A DNA stretch of 64,000 bases from an uncultured bacterium (GCA_903894565.1 CAITQP010000007.1:28213-92212); one strand, 5' to 3'; counted from the first letter of the stretch, positions 28,031 through 37,239 are shown. The notes: a model not told the origin generated them from the sequence alone. Numbers and translations: made by a program.

Positions 28031-28213
28031 ATGTTACCAGAACAGGCCATTGACGAATATATCAAGATGTTCCGAAAGAAGTTCGGAGTCACGCTTTCCA
28101 GACAGGAAGCGTCATTTCGTGCTAACCATTTGGTCAATCTGTATAAGGCGGTCCTTGGCCCAGAGTCATCTGGGGAAGTAAAAAAGGTCGAGAAACCAAA
28201 CGATAGCCGTTAA
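28031..28213 (+). CDS. hypothetical small protein (60 aa)
   Basis: Short ORF in the same orientation within the element. Confidence 0.3.
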   Translation: MLPEQAIDEYIKMFRKKFGVTLSRQEASFRANHLVNLYKAVLGPESSGEVKKVEKPNDSR

Positions 28214-28217
28214 TCCT

Positions 28218-28562
28218 ATGACAAGGATCAACGGCCAAAAAATCATCGGTTCGACAAGTTATACAATCAAAGAACTTGCGAGAGATGCGGATGTGAATGA
28301 GAAAACTTGCTTGCGTTGGATCGAACAGGGGCTCCCGACCGTTCCTGGCGGGAAAAATCCGATCCTCATGCGCGGCTTTGAGATCAAAGATTTTTTGAGA
28401 AAAAAAGACTCAAAAAAGAAAATAAAATTGAAGCGACACGAGTTTTATTGTCTCAGATGCAAGGCCGCGCGGAGCGCAAAGCGAAACACGATCAAGAAGC
28501 TAAACGGGCGAAAAACAGGCGAATGTCGTGTCTGCAACGGGAAAATGAGCCGGACAATCTAA
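28218..28562 (+). CDS. HTH (excisionase/MerR-like) DNA-binding protein with C-terminal CxxC zinc ribbon
   Basis: YTIKELARDADVNEKTCLRWIEQG helix-turn-helix. C-terminal CLRCK...CRVCNGK. Confidence 0.5.
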   Translation: MTRINGQKIIGSTSYTIKELARDADVNEKTCLRWIEQGLPTVPGGKNPILMRGFEIKDFLRKKDSKKKIKLKRHEFYCLRCKAARSAKRNTIKKLNGRKTGECRVCNGKMSRTI

Positions 28563-28703
28563 CCCTGCCAAAAGGACTAAATGATATTCTCTCTCCCAAC
28601 TTAAATGTCCGTTTAGAGCGAGAAACGCGCGTATCGATTCGGTAACAAAAAGAACCCTAAAAAAGCAGGCAATTATCAAACTAAAAAACACTAAATTAAT
28701 TCT

Positions 28704-28937
28704 ATGGAAACACCATCAAACGAAGAAAAAATCGAGCTAAAAATCAGCCTCAGAAATATACCGTATGTTGTCTCTGCTCTTGAATCGGAAATAGAGCATC
28801 TGAAAAAAATCCAGAAAGCCTGTACTAAGAAAAAGCAATTCCAAGCGGCAAACGATCTCCTACCCGGAATTATGCTCTTAGAAAAAATGGCAAAACACTT
28901 GAAGCCCATGAAGCCGACCCCATTACCTCTTACCTAA
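28704..28937 (+). CDS. hypothetical small protein (77 aa)
   Basis: Short ORF immediately upstream of the integrase. Confidence 0.3.
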   Translation: METPSNEEKIELKISLRNIPYVVSALESEIEHLKKIQKACTKKKQFQAANDLLPGIMLLEKMAKHLKPMKPTPLPLT

Positions 28938-28949
28938 CCATTCTTAGTC

Positions 28950-30062
28950 ATGAAAACACCTTACGAAAACGAGCAGATAAAGAGGCAATTCTTTGAGCAG
29001 TTAAAAGGCGCTCGGGGGTTTGCCAAAAGCTCGGTGCGTACTCACGCCGACGCCATCACACAATGGGATACCTTCAATCAGAACGAGGACTATTCCACCT
29101 ACGATAAATCAAAAGCTGCCGCCTTTACGGAGTGGCTCAGCACGAGACCCGCCAAATCAAAATCCGGCAAAGTTTCCCTTGTTACCCAGTCGAACTATAT
29201 TCGCCGCATAAAGAAGTTCTTTGAGTGGCTTTGCGAACAGCCCGGCTACAAGAGCAAGATACAAAAAAACGATGTGGACTACTTACGCCTCTCAAAAGCG
29301 GATGCCCAAATCGCACGTTTGGGAACCACCAAAAAAATGCCTACCTTTGAGGACGCTAAAAAGATAATCGAGGGCATTGATGGCAAGTCCGAAATCGACA
29401 TGCGCGACCGTGCCCTCATCTCTTTTGCGCTCATCACGGGTGCTCGCATCAATGCCATCATTTCCTTGAAGATGAAAAGCTTTGACAAAGAGAAGAAACA
29501 AATCGACCAGAACCCAGGTGACGGAGTGAAGACCAAAAACACGAAACGAATACTTACCACATTCTTCCCAATTGGTTGGGACGATCCAGAAAAATATTTC
29601 ATGGAATGGTATGAGTACTTGGAGTCAAAGGGTTTTGGACCTGATGAGCCGATCTTTCCGATGACATCCCATTCTTTTGGCGGAGGAGAAAATAGCTACA
29701 GTAAAGAAGCCATTGGGCAAGATGCTTGGGTTGGCACAGGCGCGGCACGCAAGATTTTTGAAAAGCGATGCAAAAGTGCCTACCTTCAGTATTTCCACCC
29801 GCACTCCTTTCGCCATTTGGTTGTAAGCATCCTTAGCAAGAAACGCCTTACCGAGGAAGAGAAGAAAGCGATCAGCTTAAATCTGGGACACGAGAATGTC
29901 ACGACCACATTTGGATCATATGGATATGGCGCTATGAGCAATACGGATGCCGTCAAAATCGTTCAGAAATTGAAGGATATTCAAGAAGGTTCGAGCGATA
30001 CTCTGGCACTCACCGACCAAGAAAGGGCCGTTTTCGAGAAAATAGCTAAGCGTATCTTGTAG
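28950..30062 (+). CDS. int: tyrosine-type site-specific recombinase/integrase
   Basis: Catalytic Arg in ALITGARINAI, box II HPHSFRHLVV (HxxR), and LGHENVTTTFGSYGYG containing the catalytic Tyr region. Confidence 0.8.
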   Translation: MKTPYENEQIKRQFFEQLKGARGFAKSSVRTHADAITQWDTFNQNEDYSTYDKSKAAAFTEWLSTRPAKSKSGKVSLVTQSNYIRRIKKFFEWLCEQPGYKSKIQKNDVDYLRLSKADAQIARLGTTKKMPTFEDAKKIIEGIDGKSEIDMRDRALISFALITGARINAIISLKMKSFDKEKKQIDQNPGDGVKTKNTKRILTTFFPIGWDDPEKYFMEWYEYLESKGFGPDEPIFPMTSHSFGGGENSYSKEAIGQDAWVGTGAARKIFEKRCKSAYLQYFHPHSFRHLVVSILSKKRLTEEEKKAISLNLGHENVTTTFGSYGYGAMSNTDAVKIVQKLKDIQEGSSDTLALTDQERAVFEKIAKRIL

Positions 30063-30091
30063 ACTTGCAATGTAAACAATAGTAAAGTAAA

Positions 30092-30274
30092 ATGAAAGAC
30101 ATGGAACAAGATTTTTACACCGCCCGAGATTTGGCCGACAGGCTCGGCCTGAACATTATGACGATCTACCGCTGGATCGGAGCGAAGAAGCTCAAAGCGT
30201 ATAAGCTCGGCAAGGAATTCAGAATTGAGAAAAAGGATTTCGATGCTTTCTTAAAGAAGGCAAGCAATAAATAA
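30092..30274 (+). CDS. excisionase-family HTH DNA-binding protein (Xis/AlpA-like)
   Basis: 60 aa with YTARDLADRLGLNIMTIYRWI, the HTH_17 pattern. Confidence 0.6.
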   Translation: MKDMEQDFYTARDLADRLGLNIMTIYRWIGAKKLKAYKLGKEFRIEKKDFDAFLKKASNK

Positions 30275-30278
30275 CATT

Positions 30279-31925
30279 ATGCAAACAGAAGCACCACAAA
30301 AACTCAAATACGGCATGTACGGCCGAAAATCTAGCGAGACCGAAGATCGCCAGGTCCTTTCGATTGACTCCCAGATCGATAGCGCAAAAGCTATCTGCAA
30401 AAACCTCAATATCCGTATTGCGGATGAGGATGTTTTAACCGAGTCAAAATCAGCAAAGACCACAAACCATCGCCCGCTATTCAAGGAGATGCTCGACCGA
30501 CTAGAGCATGGCAAGATCAACGCCATCGTCGCGTGGCACGCTGACCGCCTCTCGCGTAACGCCATCGACTCCGCACTCCTCGTCGATATGATGGATCGCG
30601 GCAAGCTGATCGAAATTGTTACTCCTGGGCAAACGTATCGAAATACGCCATTTGATAAGTTCATGTTCACTCTCGCTTGTACCCAAGCAAAAATGGAAAA
30701 CGACAAGAAAGGTATCGACGTTACGCGAGGGCTTACAAAGAAAGCGACTATGGGTATGTTCCCTGGCCCTGCGCCGTTCGGCTATCTGAATGATAAGTTT
30801 ACAGAGAAAGGAAATAAAAAAATCATCACCGACAAAGTGCGTCTCCCTCTTATCCGCAAAATGATGGAGCTGATGCTAACCGGCACATACGGACCACTTC
30901 AAATCCGAGAGATTGCAACGAACGAGTGGGGCTACCGAACTCCCAAAGGCAAGAAGATGGGTCGAAGCACGATCTATCGCATCTTCACAAATACCTTTTA
31001 CTACGGCATGTACGAGTACCCACTCGGAAGCGGTCGTTGGTATCGTGGAACGCACGAGACGATCATCACCGAGGAGGACTACGACAAAATCCAAGCACTC
31101 CTCGGTCGTAAGGGCCGTCCTCGTCCGAAGACCCATATCTTTGATTTCGTAGGAATGATGAAGTGCGCCGACTGCGGCGCGTCTATTACAGCCGAAACAA
31201 AGTTCAAGAAACTCGCCAATGGCGATGTGAACACTTACGTTTACTATCACTGCACCAAGAAGCTCAATCCGAACTGCACGCAAGGATCAATAGAGGAAAA
31301 GGAACTTAAAAAGCAGATCGTCCGCGAGATCGACAAAATCGAAATACCAACCGAGTTCCACGCCTTTGCCATGAAATGGTGGAAGACCGAAAACGAGAAG
31401 GAAGTCGACGACCGCAACACTATCGTCGAAGCCCAACAGAGGGCCTATAAGGCTTGCCTTGCGAAGATAGACGGCCTGACCAATATGAGAGCGGGCGGCG
31501 AAATCGAGGGGGACGAATTTATCCGACGCCGAGAGCCGCTTCTTGAAGAAAAGAAGCGTTTGGAGAAACTATTTGAAGGCACGGGTAAACGCGTTGATGC
31601 CTGGATGAAGACCGGCGACGAAATGTTTACTTTCATCGAGCGAGCAATAAACCGCTTCACTTACGGTACACTTGAAGACCGCCGAGCCATACTTGCGGCT
31701 CTCGGCTCGAACCTACTCATAAAAGACAAAATACTCAGTATTGATATAGAGAATTGTCTATTCCCAATACAAAATATTTCAGGCACTGTCCGAGACATAA
31801 AAGAACGGCTCGAACCAATAAATACCCTGGAAAAACAAGGACAGTTTGAGCAAATGTGCTCTAACAGTCCAGTAGTGCTGCCAGACCTGGATTCGAACCA
31901 AGATACACTGCTCCAGAGGCAGTAG
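30279..31925 (+). CDS. large serine recombinase (resolvase domain plus recombinase domain plus zinc ribbon)
   Basis: N-terminal YGMYGRKSSETEDRQ...SIDSQ (catalytic Ser) and a resolvase fold. Zinc ribbon CADCGAS...YYHC. The 3' 48 nt overlap the tRNA-Gln on the opposite strand. Confidence 0.85.
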   Translation: MQTEAPQKLKYGMYGRKSSETEDRQVLSIDSQIDSAKAICKNLNIRIADEDVLTESKSAKTTNHRPLFKEMLDRLEHGKINAIVAWHADRLSRNAIDSALLVDMMDRGKLIEIVTPGQTYRNTPFDKFMFTLACTQAKMENDKKGIDVTRGLTKKATMGMFPGPAPFGYLNDKFTEKGNKKIITDKVRLPLIRKMMELMLTGTYGPLQIREIATNEWGYRTPKGKKMGRSTIYRIFTNTFYYGMYEYPLGSGRWYRGTHETIITEEDYDKIQALLGRKGRPRPKTHIFDFVGMMKCADCGASITAETKFKKLANGDVNTYVYYHCTKKLNPNCTQGSIEEKELKKQIVREIDKIEIPTEFHAFAMKWWKTENEKEVDDRNTIVEAQQRAYKACLAKIDGLTNMRAGGEIEGDEFIRRREPLLEEKKRLEKLFEGTGKRVDAWMKTGDEMFTFIERAINRFTYGTLEDRRAILAALGSNLLIKDKILSIDIENCLFPIQNISGTVRDIKERLEPINTLEKQGQFEQMCSNSPVVLPDLDSNQDTLLQRQ

Positions 31926-31948
31926 TCCTACCATTAGACGATCTGGCA
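31878..31948 (-). tRNA. tRNA-Gln (anticodon CTG)
   Basis: Cloverleaf folded by hand: acceptor TGCCAGA/TCTGGCA (U1-A72 as in bacterial tRNA-Gln), D arm GTCT/GGAC, anticodon stem ACTGC/GCAGT with loop CTCTGGA, T arm CTTGG-TTCGAAT-CCAGG, discriminator G. CCA is not encoded. Confidence 0.8.
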
Positions 31949-32048
31949 ATATTTCACACGGGCACACTTCGCCCGTATAACTCCCCAACAATAGCTTAAA
32001 TATGGGCTTTTTTCAAGTATTCGAGACCCGTGGTATGATAATCTGCAT

Positions 32049-32783
32049 ATGACAGACGAACAACAACACGTAGACAAGAGTGGACACCGACACCTCACGC
32101 TCGATGAAATCAAGCAGGGATGTGTCGAAGTAGCCGGCGACAATCCAGACGGCGTACGCATTTGTCGCATCAACGAAGAACTCAAACAAGGCATAACAGA
32201 AATGGAGACGATCGAACGCTCCGTCACTTTTTATGGCTCAGCACGTTTCAAAGAAGGCGATGAATTCTATGACAAAGCTCGTCATCTTGGAGGCCGTATC
32301 GCCAAAGAACTCGGCTTCACTGTCGTGACTGGCGGAGGTCCTGGCATCATGGAAGCTGGCAACCGCGGTGCTTTTGAATCGGGTGGCAAATCTGTTGGCC
32401 TCTCGATCAAACTTCCGATGGAACAGCACAACAACGAATATGTCACAGACGATGTTCCCTTCTACTTCTTCTTTGCTCGCAAAGTCGCACTCTCGTTCTC
32501 GTCGGAAGTGTTCGTCTTCTTCCCTGGAGGATTCGGCACAATGGATGAAATGTTTGAAGTACTCACGCTCGTACAGACAGGCAAACTCAAACCAATTCCC
32601 CTCGTCTTTTACGGCGTCGAATTCTGGACACCGCTCATCAATTTCTTCAAATTAACAATGCTTGAGAAATATCAGACCATTAGTCCAAAAGACATGGATC
32701 TCTTCACCGTCACAGACGACGACAATCTCGTCATCGACATCGTCAAAAACGCAAAGTCTCGCGAAGGCAACCACTTAGATTAG
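32049..32783 (+). CDS. LOG-family protein (cytokinin riboside 5'-monophosphate phosphoribohydrolase / TIGR00730 Rossmann-fold)
   Basis: GGGPGIMEA and PGGFGTMDE motifs. Confidence 0.8.
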   Translation: MTDEQQHVDKSGHRHLTLDEIKQGCVEVAGDNPDGVRICRINEELKQGITEMETIERSVTFYGSARFKEGDEFYDKARHLGGRIAKELGFTVVTGGGPGIMEAGNRGAFESGGKSVGLSIKLPMEQHNNEYVTDDVPFYFFFARKVALSFSSEVFVFFPGGFGTMDEMFEVLTLVQTGKLKPIPLVFYGVEFWTPLINFFKLTMLEKYQTISPKDMDLFTVTDDDNLVIDIVKNAKSREGNHLD

Positions 32784-32923
32784 CCGCCACAAAATAAAAA
32801 TAGCAAAAATACCTTTTGGAAGCACTCTCGGAGCGCGACGGCGAGAGAGAGAGGCGAAATTTCTTCAGAAATTTACGCCGGTGCTTCTGAAAGGTATTTT
32901 TGCTATTTTTATTTTATGGCGGC
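32783..32923. repeat. long imperfect palindrome (stem ~40 bp) enclosing conserved 55-nt loop - copy 1 of structured element
   Basis: Arms CCGCCACAAAATAAAAATAGCAAAAATACCTTTTGGAAGCAC and GTGCTTCTGAAAGGTATTTTTGCTATTTTTATTTTATGGCGG. The loop at 32826-32880 has about 85% identity to the reverse complement of 36366-36420. Confidence 0.6.
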
Positions 32924-32943
32924 TACTAAAAGTAGTTTTTTGT
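32923..32943 (+). terminator. rho-independent terminator (CTACTAAAAGTAG + T-run)
   Basis: Short hairpin followed by TTTTTTGTG, sitting between the convergent LOG and pyrG genes. Confidence 0.4.
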
Positions 32944-32948
32944 GCGCG

Positions 32949-34619
32949 CTATGCGCGTTTTGCTCGTGTAGCTGCTGCCTCAGCAAAAGCCTTGAAGAGT
33001 GGATGTGGTGCAAGTGGTCGTGATTTGAATTCTGGATGGAATTGTGTGCCAAGGAAGAATGGATGAACGTCTTTTGGAAGTTCAGCGATCTCCATGAGCT
33101 CGCCGTCAGGCGAGCGTCCTGAGAACACAAGTCCTGCCCCCTCGATATCCTTGATATACGCAGGATTCACCTCGTAGCGATGACGGTGGCGCTCACTGAT
33201 GGTGTCTTTGGCATATGCTGTACGCGCCATTGTGCCCGTACCGAGATATGCATCGTACGCGCCGAGACGCATGGTACCTCCATAGTCATGAGCATCGAGC
33301 TTCCCTTTCTGAGATTCCATAATATCGATCACAAGACGTGATGAATCTGGATTGATCTCTCGAGTATTCGCATCTTTCCATCCGAGTTTGTGACGAGCAT
33401 ATTCAATCACCGCAAGTTGCATTCCGTAACACAACCCAAAATATGGAATTTTGTTTTCACGCGCAAACTGAATTGCAGAAATAATTCCTTCGATACCACG
33501 CGCTCCAAATCCTCCAGGAACAATGATGCCATCGTATTGCGCGAGATCTTTGATACGCTCAGGATGCTGTTCAAAATCAACTGAGTTTATCCATGTGAGC
33601 ACCGGCTTCTGATTGATAGCGTAACTCGCATGACGAATCGCTTCAATCACTGAGATATATGCATCTGAAAGAACATAGTTTCCCGTATCAAAATATTTTC
33701 CAACCACCGCAATCTTGAGTTCACCTTTTGCTGTTGCAATACGATGGGTAAACATATCCCAAAGCTCTGCACTCTCAACGCGATTCTTTTTGCATGAGAG
33801 AAAGAGAATATCACACAAAATATCTGAAAGTCCTTCCTTTTCAAAATTTGCTGGAATGTCGTAAATACTGTCAACGTCAGGAGCACTGATCACACGACCT
33901 TCAGGAACGTTACAAAAGAGTGAGAGCTTTTCTTTGCGCTTCTCGTCGAGAGGATCATTACTACGAGCAACCAGAATGTCTGGCTGAATTCCAGAACCAT
34001 TCAGTGTACGGACTGCATGCTGAGTTGGCTTGGTCTTCATCTCCCCAACCTTACTTGGTACAGGAAGATACGAGACCATAACAACAGCAACATCTTTTGG
34101 ATTCTTGAGCTTCATCATACGTGCAGCCTCAAGGAAGAGAATATTTTCGTATTCACCAATCGTTCCTCCGACTTCAATCACGACGATATCGGCCCCAGCT
34201 TTTTTCTGAGCAGTCTCGATTCGGTCGATAACCTCAAGTGGGATATGTGGCACAACTTGTACGCATTTTCCTGCGTAATCAAGATTGCGCTCTTTGTTGA
34301 TGACGGTCTGATACACACGTCCAGTCGTCATGTAGTTTACGCGTGTAAGGTCGATGTTCAAGAATCGTTCGTAGTTGCCCATGTCCTGATCGGTCTCATC
34401 GCCATCATCAAGCACAAACACCTCTCCGTGTTCAGTCGGATTCATCGTACCCGCATCAACGTTGATGTATGGATCAATCTTTATTGCCGTTGCACGAAGA
34501 CCGCGATCTTGCATGATCTTGGCAATAGAACTAGCGGTGATCCCCTTGCCCACTCCGGAAATGACACCTCCTACGACAAACACATATTTTGGATTTTCTG
34601 CGGTCTTTTTGTTGAACAT
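32949..34619 (-). CDS. pyrG: CTP synthase
   Basis: 556 aa with an N-terminal synthase domain (VVGGVISGVGKGI) and a C-terminal glutamine amidotransferase domain (GGTMRLGAY). Confidence 0.9.
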   Translation of the reverse strand: MFNKKTAENPKYVFVVGGVISGVGKGITASSIAKIMQDRGLRATAIKIDPYINVDAGTMNPTEHGEVFVLDDGDETDQDMGNYERFLNIDLTRVNYMTTGRVYQTVINKERNLDYAGKCVQVVPHIPLEVIDRIETAQKKAGADIVVIEVGGTIGEYENILFLEAARMMKLKNPKDVAVVMVSYLPVPSKVGEMKTKPTQHAVRTLNGSGIQPDILVARSNDPLDEKRKEKLSLFCNVPEGRVISAPDVDSIYDIPANFEKEGLSDILCDILFLSCKKNRVESAELWDMFTHRIATAKGELKIAVVGKYFDTGNYVLSDAYISVIEAIRHASYAINQKPVLTWINSVDFEQHPERIKDLAQYDGIIVPGGFGARGIEGIISAIQFARENKIPYFGLCYGMQLAVIEYARHKLGWKDANTREINPDSSRLVIDIMESQKGKLDAHDYGGTMRLGAYDAYLGTGTMARTAYAKDTISERHRHRYEVNPAYIKDIEGAGLVFSGRSPDGELMEIAELPKDVHPFFLGTQFHPEFKSRPLAPHPLFKAFAEAAATRAKRA

Positions 34620-34667
34620 GATGATACTTACAATACGAAAAATACTAATAATTGAAAATCCGAAACA

Positions 34668-35594
34668 TTACACTTTTAAATACTTTCTACTCGCCAAAAC
34701 ACTTGAAAGCGCTCCAAGTCCCGTCCCGAACACGAGCAAGATTCCTGCAAACGAAAGGATATTGCCGAGATAATAGCGGAACAAATTTACACCCCCAAAG
34801 AAATCCGTCATGTGACTTCCAAACCAAAATGTAATTGGAAGGAAAAGGACGAGGGTGAGGAGCGTAGCGACGAACCCGTACAATGCTCCTTCAACAATAA
34901 AAGGGCCTTGCACATGGGAGCGCGACGCACCGACGAGACGCATTACTGAGATCTCTTCACGTGCAAAATAAATAGCGAGACGCATTGTGTTAAACGTAAC
35001 GATGATCGAGATGAGCATCAGAATGAGGGTCATCACGAGACCGAGACGACGCCCGTTTGAAAGAATATTTTGAATCGCCTCGATGTCTGCCTTGTTCTTG
35101 CTGTAATCGACATGGTCAATAATAGATTGTGATCCAGTGCCGAGGGTTCCTGTATTATCAAAAAACTTTGCGATACTTTCATACTGTGAAATATCTTTCG
35201 CTTTAATATTAAGCATTGCCCCGATTGGATTTTGATCAAGCTCATCAAGCGCCTGAAGTGTTGTCTGGTCATCGGCATGACGCGCGCGAAAATCAGCGAG
35301 TGCCTGATTCTCAGAAACGTAATCAACACTCGCGACTTCAGGAACATCGGCAACTTTGTCTTTGAGCGTAAGTATTGATGTCTCGTCAGTACCAGGAACA
35401 ACATACACAGTCACATCAACTTTATTTTCTACGTTCACGAGTGTTGTCTCGAGTACGTGTTGAAAGAGTAATACTCCCCCGAGCACACAGAGGGTAATCG
35501 TCATTACGAGAACTGAAGAGAGGGAGACAAGACTATTCCTTGAAAAATTAAGGAATCCTGTGCGGAACGTACGCTTGAAATTGACCATTGCCAT
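34668..35594 (-). CDS. ftsX: cell division ABC transporter permease FtsX
   Basis: FtsX topology (N-terminal transmembrane helix, large extracytoplasmic loop, three C-terminal helices), immediately downstream of ftsE. Confidence 0.7.
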   Translation of the reverse strand: MAMVNFKRTFRTGFLNFSRNSLVSLSSVLVMTITLCVLGGVLLFQHVLETTLVNVENKVDVTVYVVPGTDETSILTLKDKVADVPEVASVDYVSENQALADFRARHADDQTTLQALDELDQNPIGAMLNIKAKDISQYESIAKFFDNTGTLGTGSQSIIDHVDYSKNKADIEAIQNILSNGRRLGLVMTLILMLISIIVTFNTMRLAIYFAREEISVMRLVGASRSHVQGPFIVEGALYGFVATLLTLVLFLPITFWFGSHMTDFFGGVNLFRYYLGNILSFAGILLVFGTGLGALSSVLASRKYLKV

Positions 35595-35600
35595 ATCTTA

Positions 35601-36281
35601 TTAAATCATATATCGCCCATCCTTGTCATCTCGAACAACACGGCCCTTTTCGAGTGTGATGACACGTTTCCCAATCGAGTCGACAACTCCACGATTGTGC
35701 GTAGTGAGAATAATCGTCGTGCCTAATTCGTTGATTTTTTTGAGAATCTGCACTATCTCGTAGGTACTGATGGGGTCGAGGTTCCCTGTTGGCTCATCAG
35801 CAACAATGATCTCTGGCTGATTGATGATGGCGCGCGCAATCGCGAGACGCTGTTTCTCTCCGCCAGAAAGTTGTCCAGGAAAATGGTCCTTCAATTCAAG
35901 TAGGTTTACAAGGTCAAGCACATGAGGAACATCGGCGGCGATTTCTTCGTCGCTTTTGCCAGCGGCCTCCATTGCAAACGAAATATTTTCAAATGCAGTC
36001 TTGTTTGGGAGTAATTTAAAATCCTGAAACACAGTCCCGATGCGTCGGCGGAGACGCGTCAAATCACGACCACTCAAACGGTTGACATCGAGCGACTCAA
36101 ACATGACAGTACCTTCGGTTGGTTCTTCTTCTGCGATAATGAGTTTAACGAGTGTGGTTTTGCCGGCTCCAGAGTGGCCGACGACGGAGACGAATTCCCC
36201 TGCATTTATCGAAATGGTGACTTCTTCAAGAGCTACTGACCCTTGGGGGTATTCTTTTTTGACTCCTTTGAAATAGATCAT
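35601..36281 (-). CDS. ftsE: cell division ATP-binding protein FtsE
   Basis: Walker A GHSGAGKTT, ABC signature LSGGEKQR, and Walker B IIVADEPT. Confidence 0.85.
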   Translation of the reverse strand: MIYFKGVKKEYPQGSVALEEVTISINAGEFVSVVGHSGAGKTTLVKLIIAEEEPTEGTVMFESLDVNRLSGRDLTRLRRRIGTVFQDFKLLPNKTAFENISFAMEAAGKSDEEIAADVPHVLDLVNLLELKDHFPGQLSGGEKQRLAIARAIINQPEIIVADEPTGNLDPISTYEIVQILKKINELGTTIILTTHNRGVVDSIGKRVITLEKGRVVRDDKDGRYMI

Positions 36282-36334
36282 TGGTAACGGGGTCTAGTAT
36301 ATCATATTTCACGAAACCTTAAAGCTCAGACCCA

Positions 36335-36451
36335 CAAGATTGGGCACACGCCCTCTCAAAAGGACCAGCGTAAAATCCCGAAGGATTTTCGCCTCCCTCT
36401 CGCGCCGTCGCGCTCCGAGAGTCCTTTTGAGAGGGCGTGTGCCCAATCTTG
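36335..36451. repeat. long palindrome (31-bp stem) enclosing conserved 55-nt loop - copy 2 of structured element (opposite orientation)
   Basis: Arms CAAGATTGGGCACACGCCCTCTCAAAAGGAC and GTCCTTTTGAGAGGGCGTGTGCCCAATCTTG. The loop at 36366-36420 is the reverse complement of the copy-1 loop with compensatory changes in an internal hairpin. Confidence 0.6.
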
Positions 36452-36455
36452 CGAT

Positions 36456-37238
36456 TTGTACTTTCGTGATGAAATCTTGATATACTGGACATATATGCAT
36501 GAAACAATACTGTTTATTGCGACTTTTGTTGTAGGAGTAATCGCAAGTACTATTGGTACACTCGTTGGTGGTGGAAGTCTCATATCTATCCCCTTTCTTA
36601 TTTTTCTCGGACTACCACCCCAAATGGCGATAGCTACTGATCGATTCGGTGGACTCGGCCAACTAACGGCACTCTACAAATTCTGGAAATCTAAAAAAAT
36701 TATCTGGAAGTTTGTTTTCCTGTTCTCAGTTTTGAGTCTTGCTGGATCTCTCATCGGCTCTCATCTTCTCCTCCAAATAAATCCTTCAATTTTAAAAAGT
36801 GTCATCGGAGCACTCATGCTCATCCTCCTCCCAGTTATTTTTTTGAAACGAAATATCGGTGTACAGCCAAGTGAAGTACACGGAATTAAAAAAATCCTTG
36901 GTTGTATCATCTATTTCTGTGTACAAATTTACGCAGGATTTTTTGGCGCTGGCTCTGGGACACTTATCTTTTACACAATGATGAGCTTCTTTGGTCTCAC
37001 AATCACTGAAGCAAGCGCAACTCAAATCATCCCTGTCACAATCCTCGATATTGCCTCACTTATTGTTTTCGCCTCACACGGACTCATCAATTACAAAATT
37101 GGATTCTTGTTTCTTGCTGGAACAGCGACGGGTGGATATATCGGCTCTCACATTGCACTCAAAAAAGGCGACAAATGGATCAAGCAACTTTTTGCCTTTA
37201 TTGTTATCGCACTTGTCATAAAATTGCTCTTTTTCTAA
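36456..37238 (+). CDS. TauE/SafE-family (DUF81) membrane transporter
   Basis: Multiple transmembrane helices with Gly-rich LVGGGSLISIPFLIFLG and FFGAGSGTLIFYTMM repeats typical of TauE/SafE. The true start may be the ATG at 36495. Confidence 0.6.
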   Translation: MYFRDEILIYWTYMHETILFIATFVVGVIASTIGTLVGGGSLISIPFLIFLGLPPQMAIATDRFGGLGQLTALYKFWKSKKIIWKFVFLFSVLSLAGSLIGSHLLLQINPSILKSVIGALMLILLPVIFLKRNIGVQPSEVHGIKKILGCIIYFCVQIYAGFFGAGSGTLIFYTMMSFFGLTITEASATQIIPVTILDIASLIVFASHGLINYKIGFLFLAGTATGGYIGSHIALKKGDKWIKQLFAFIVIALVIKLLFF

Positions 37239-37239
37239 T

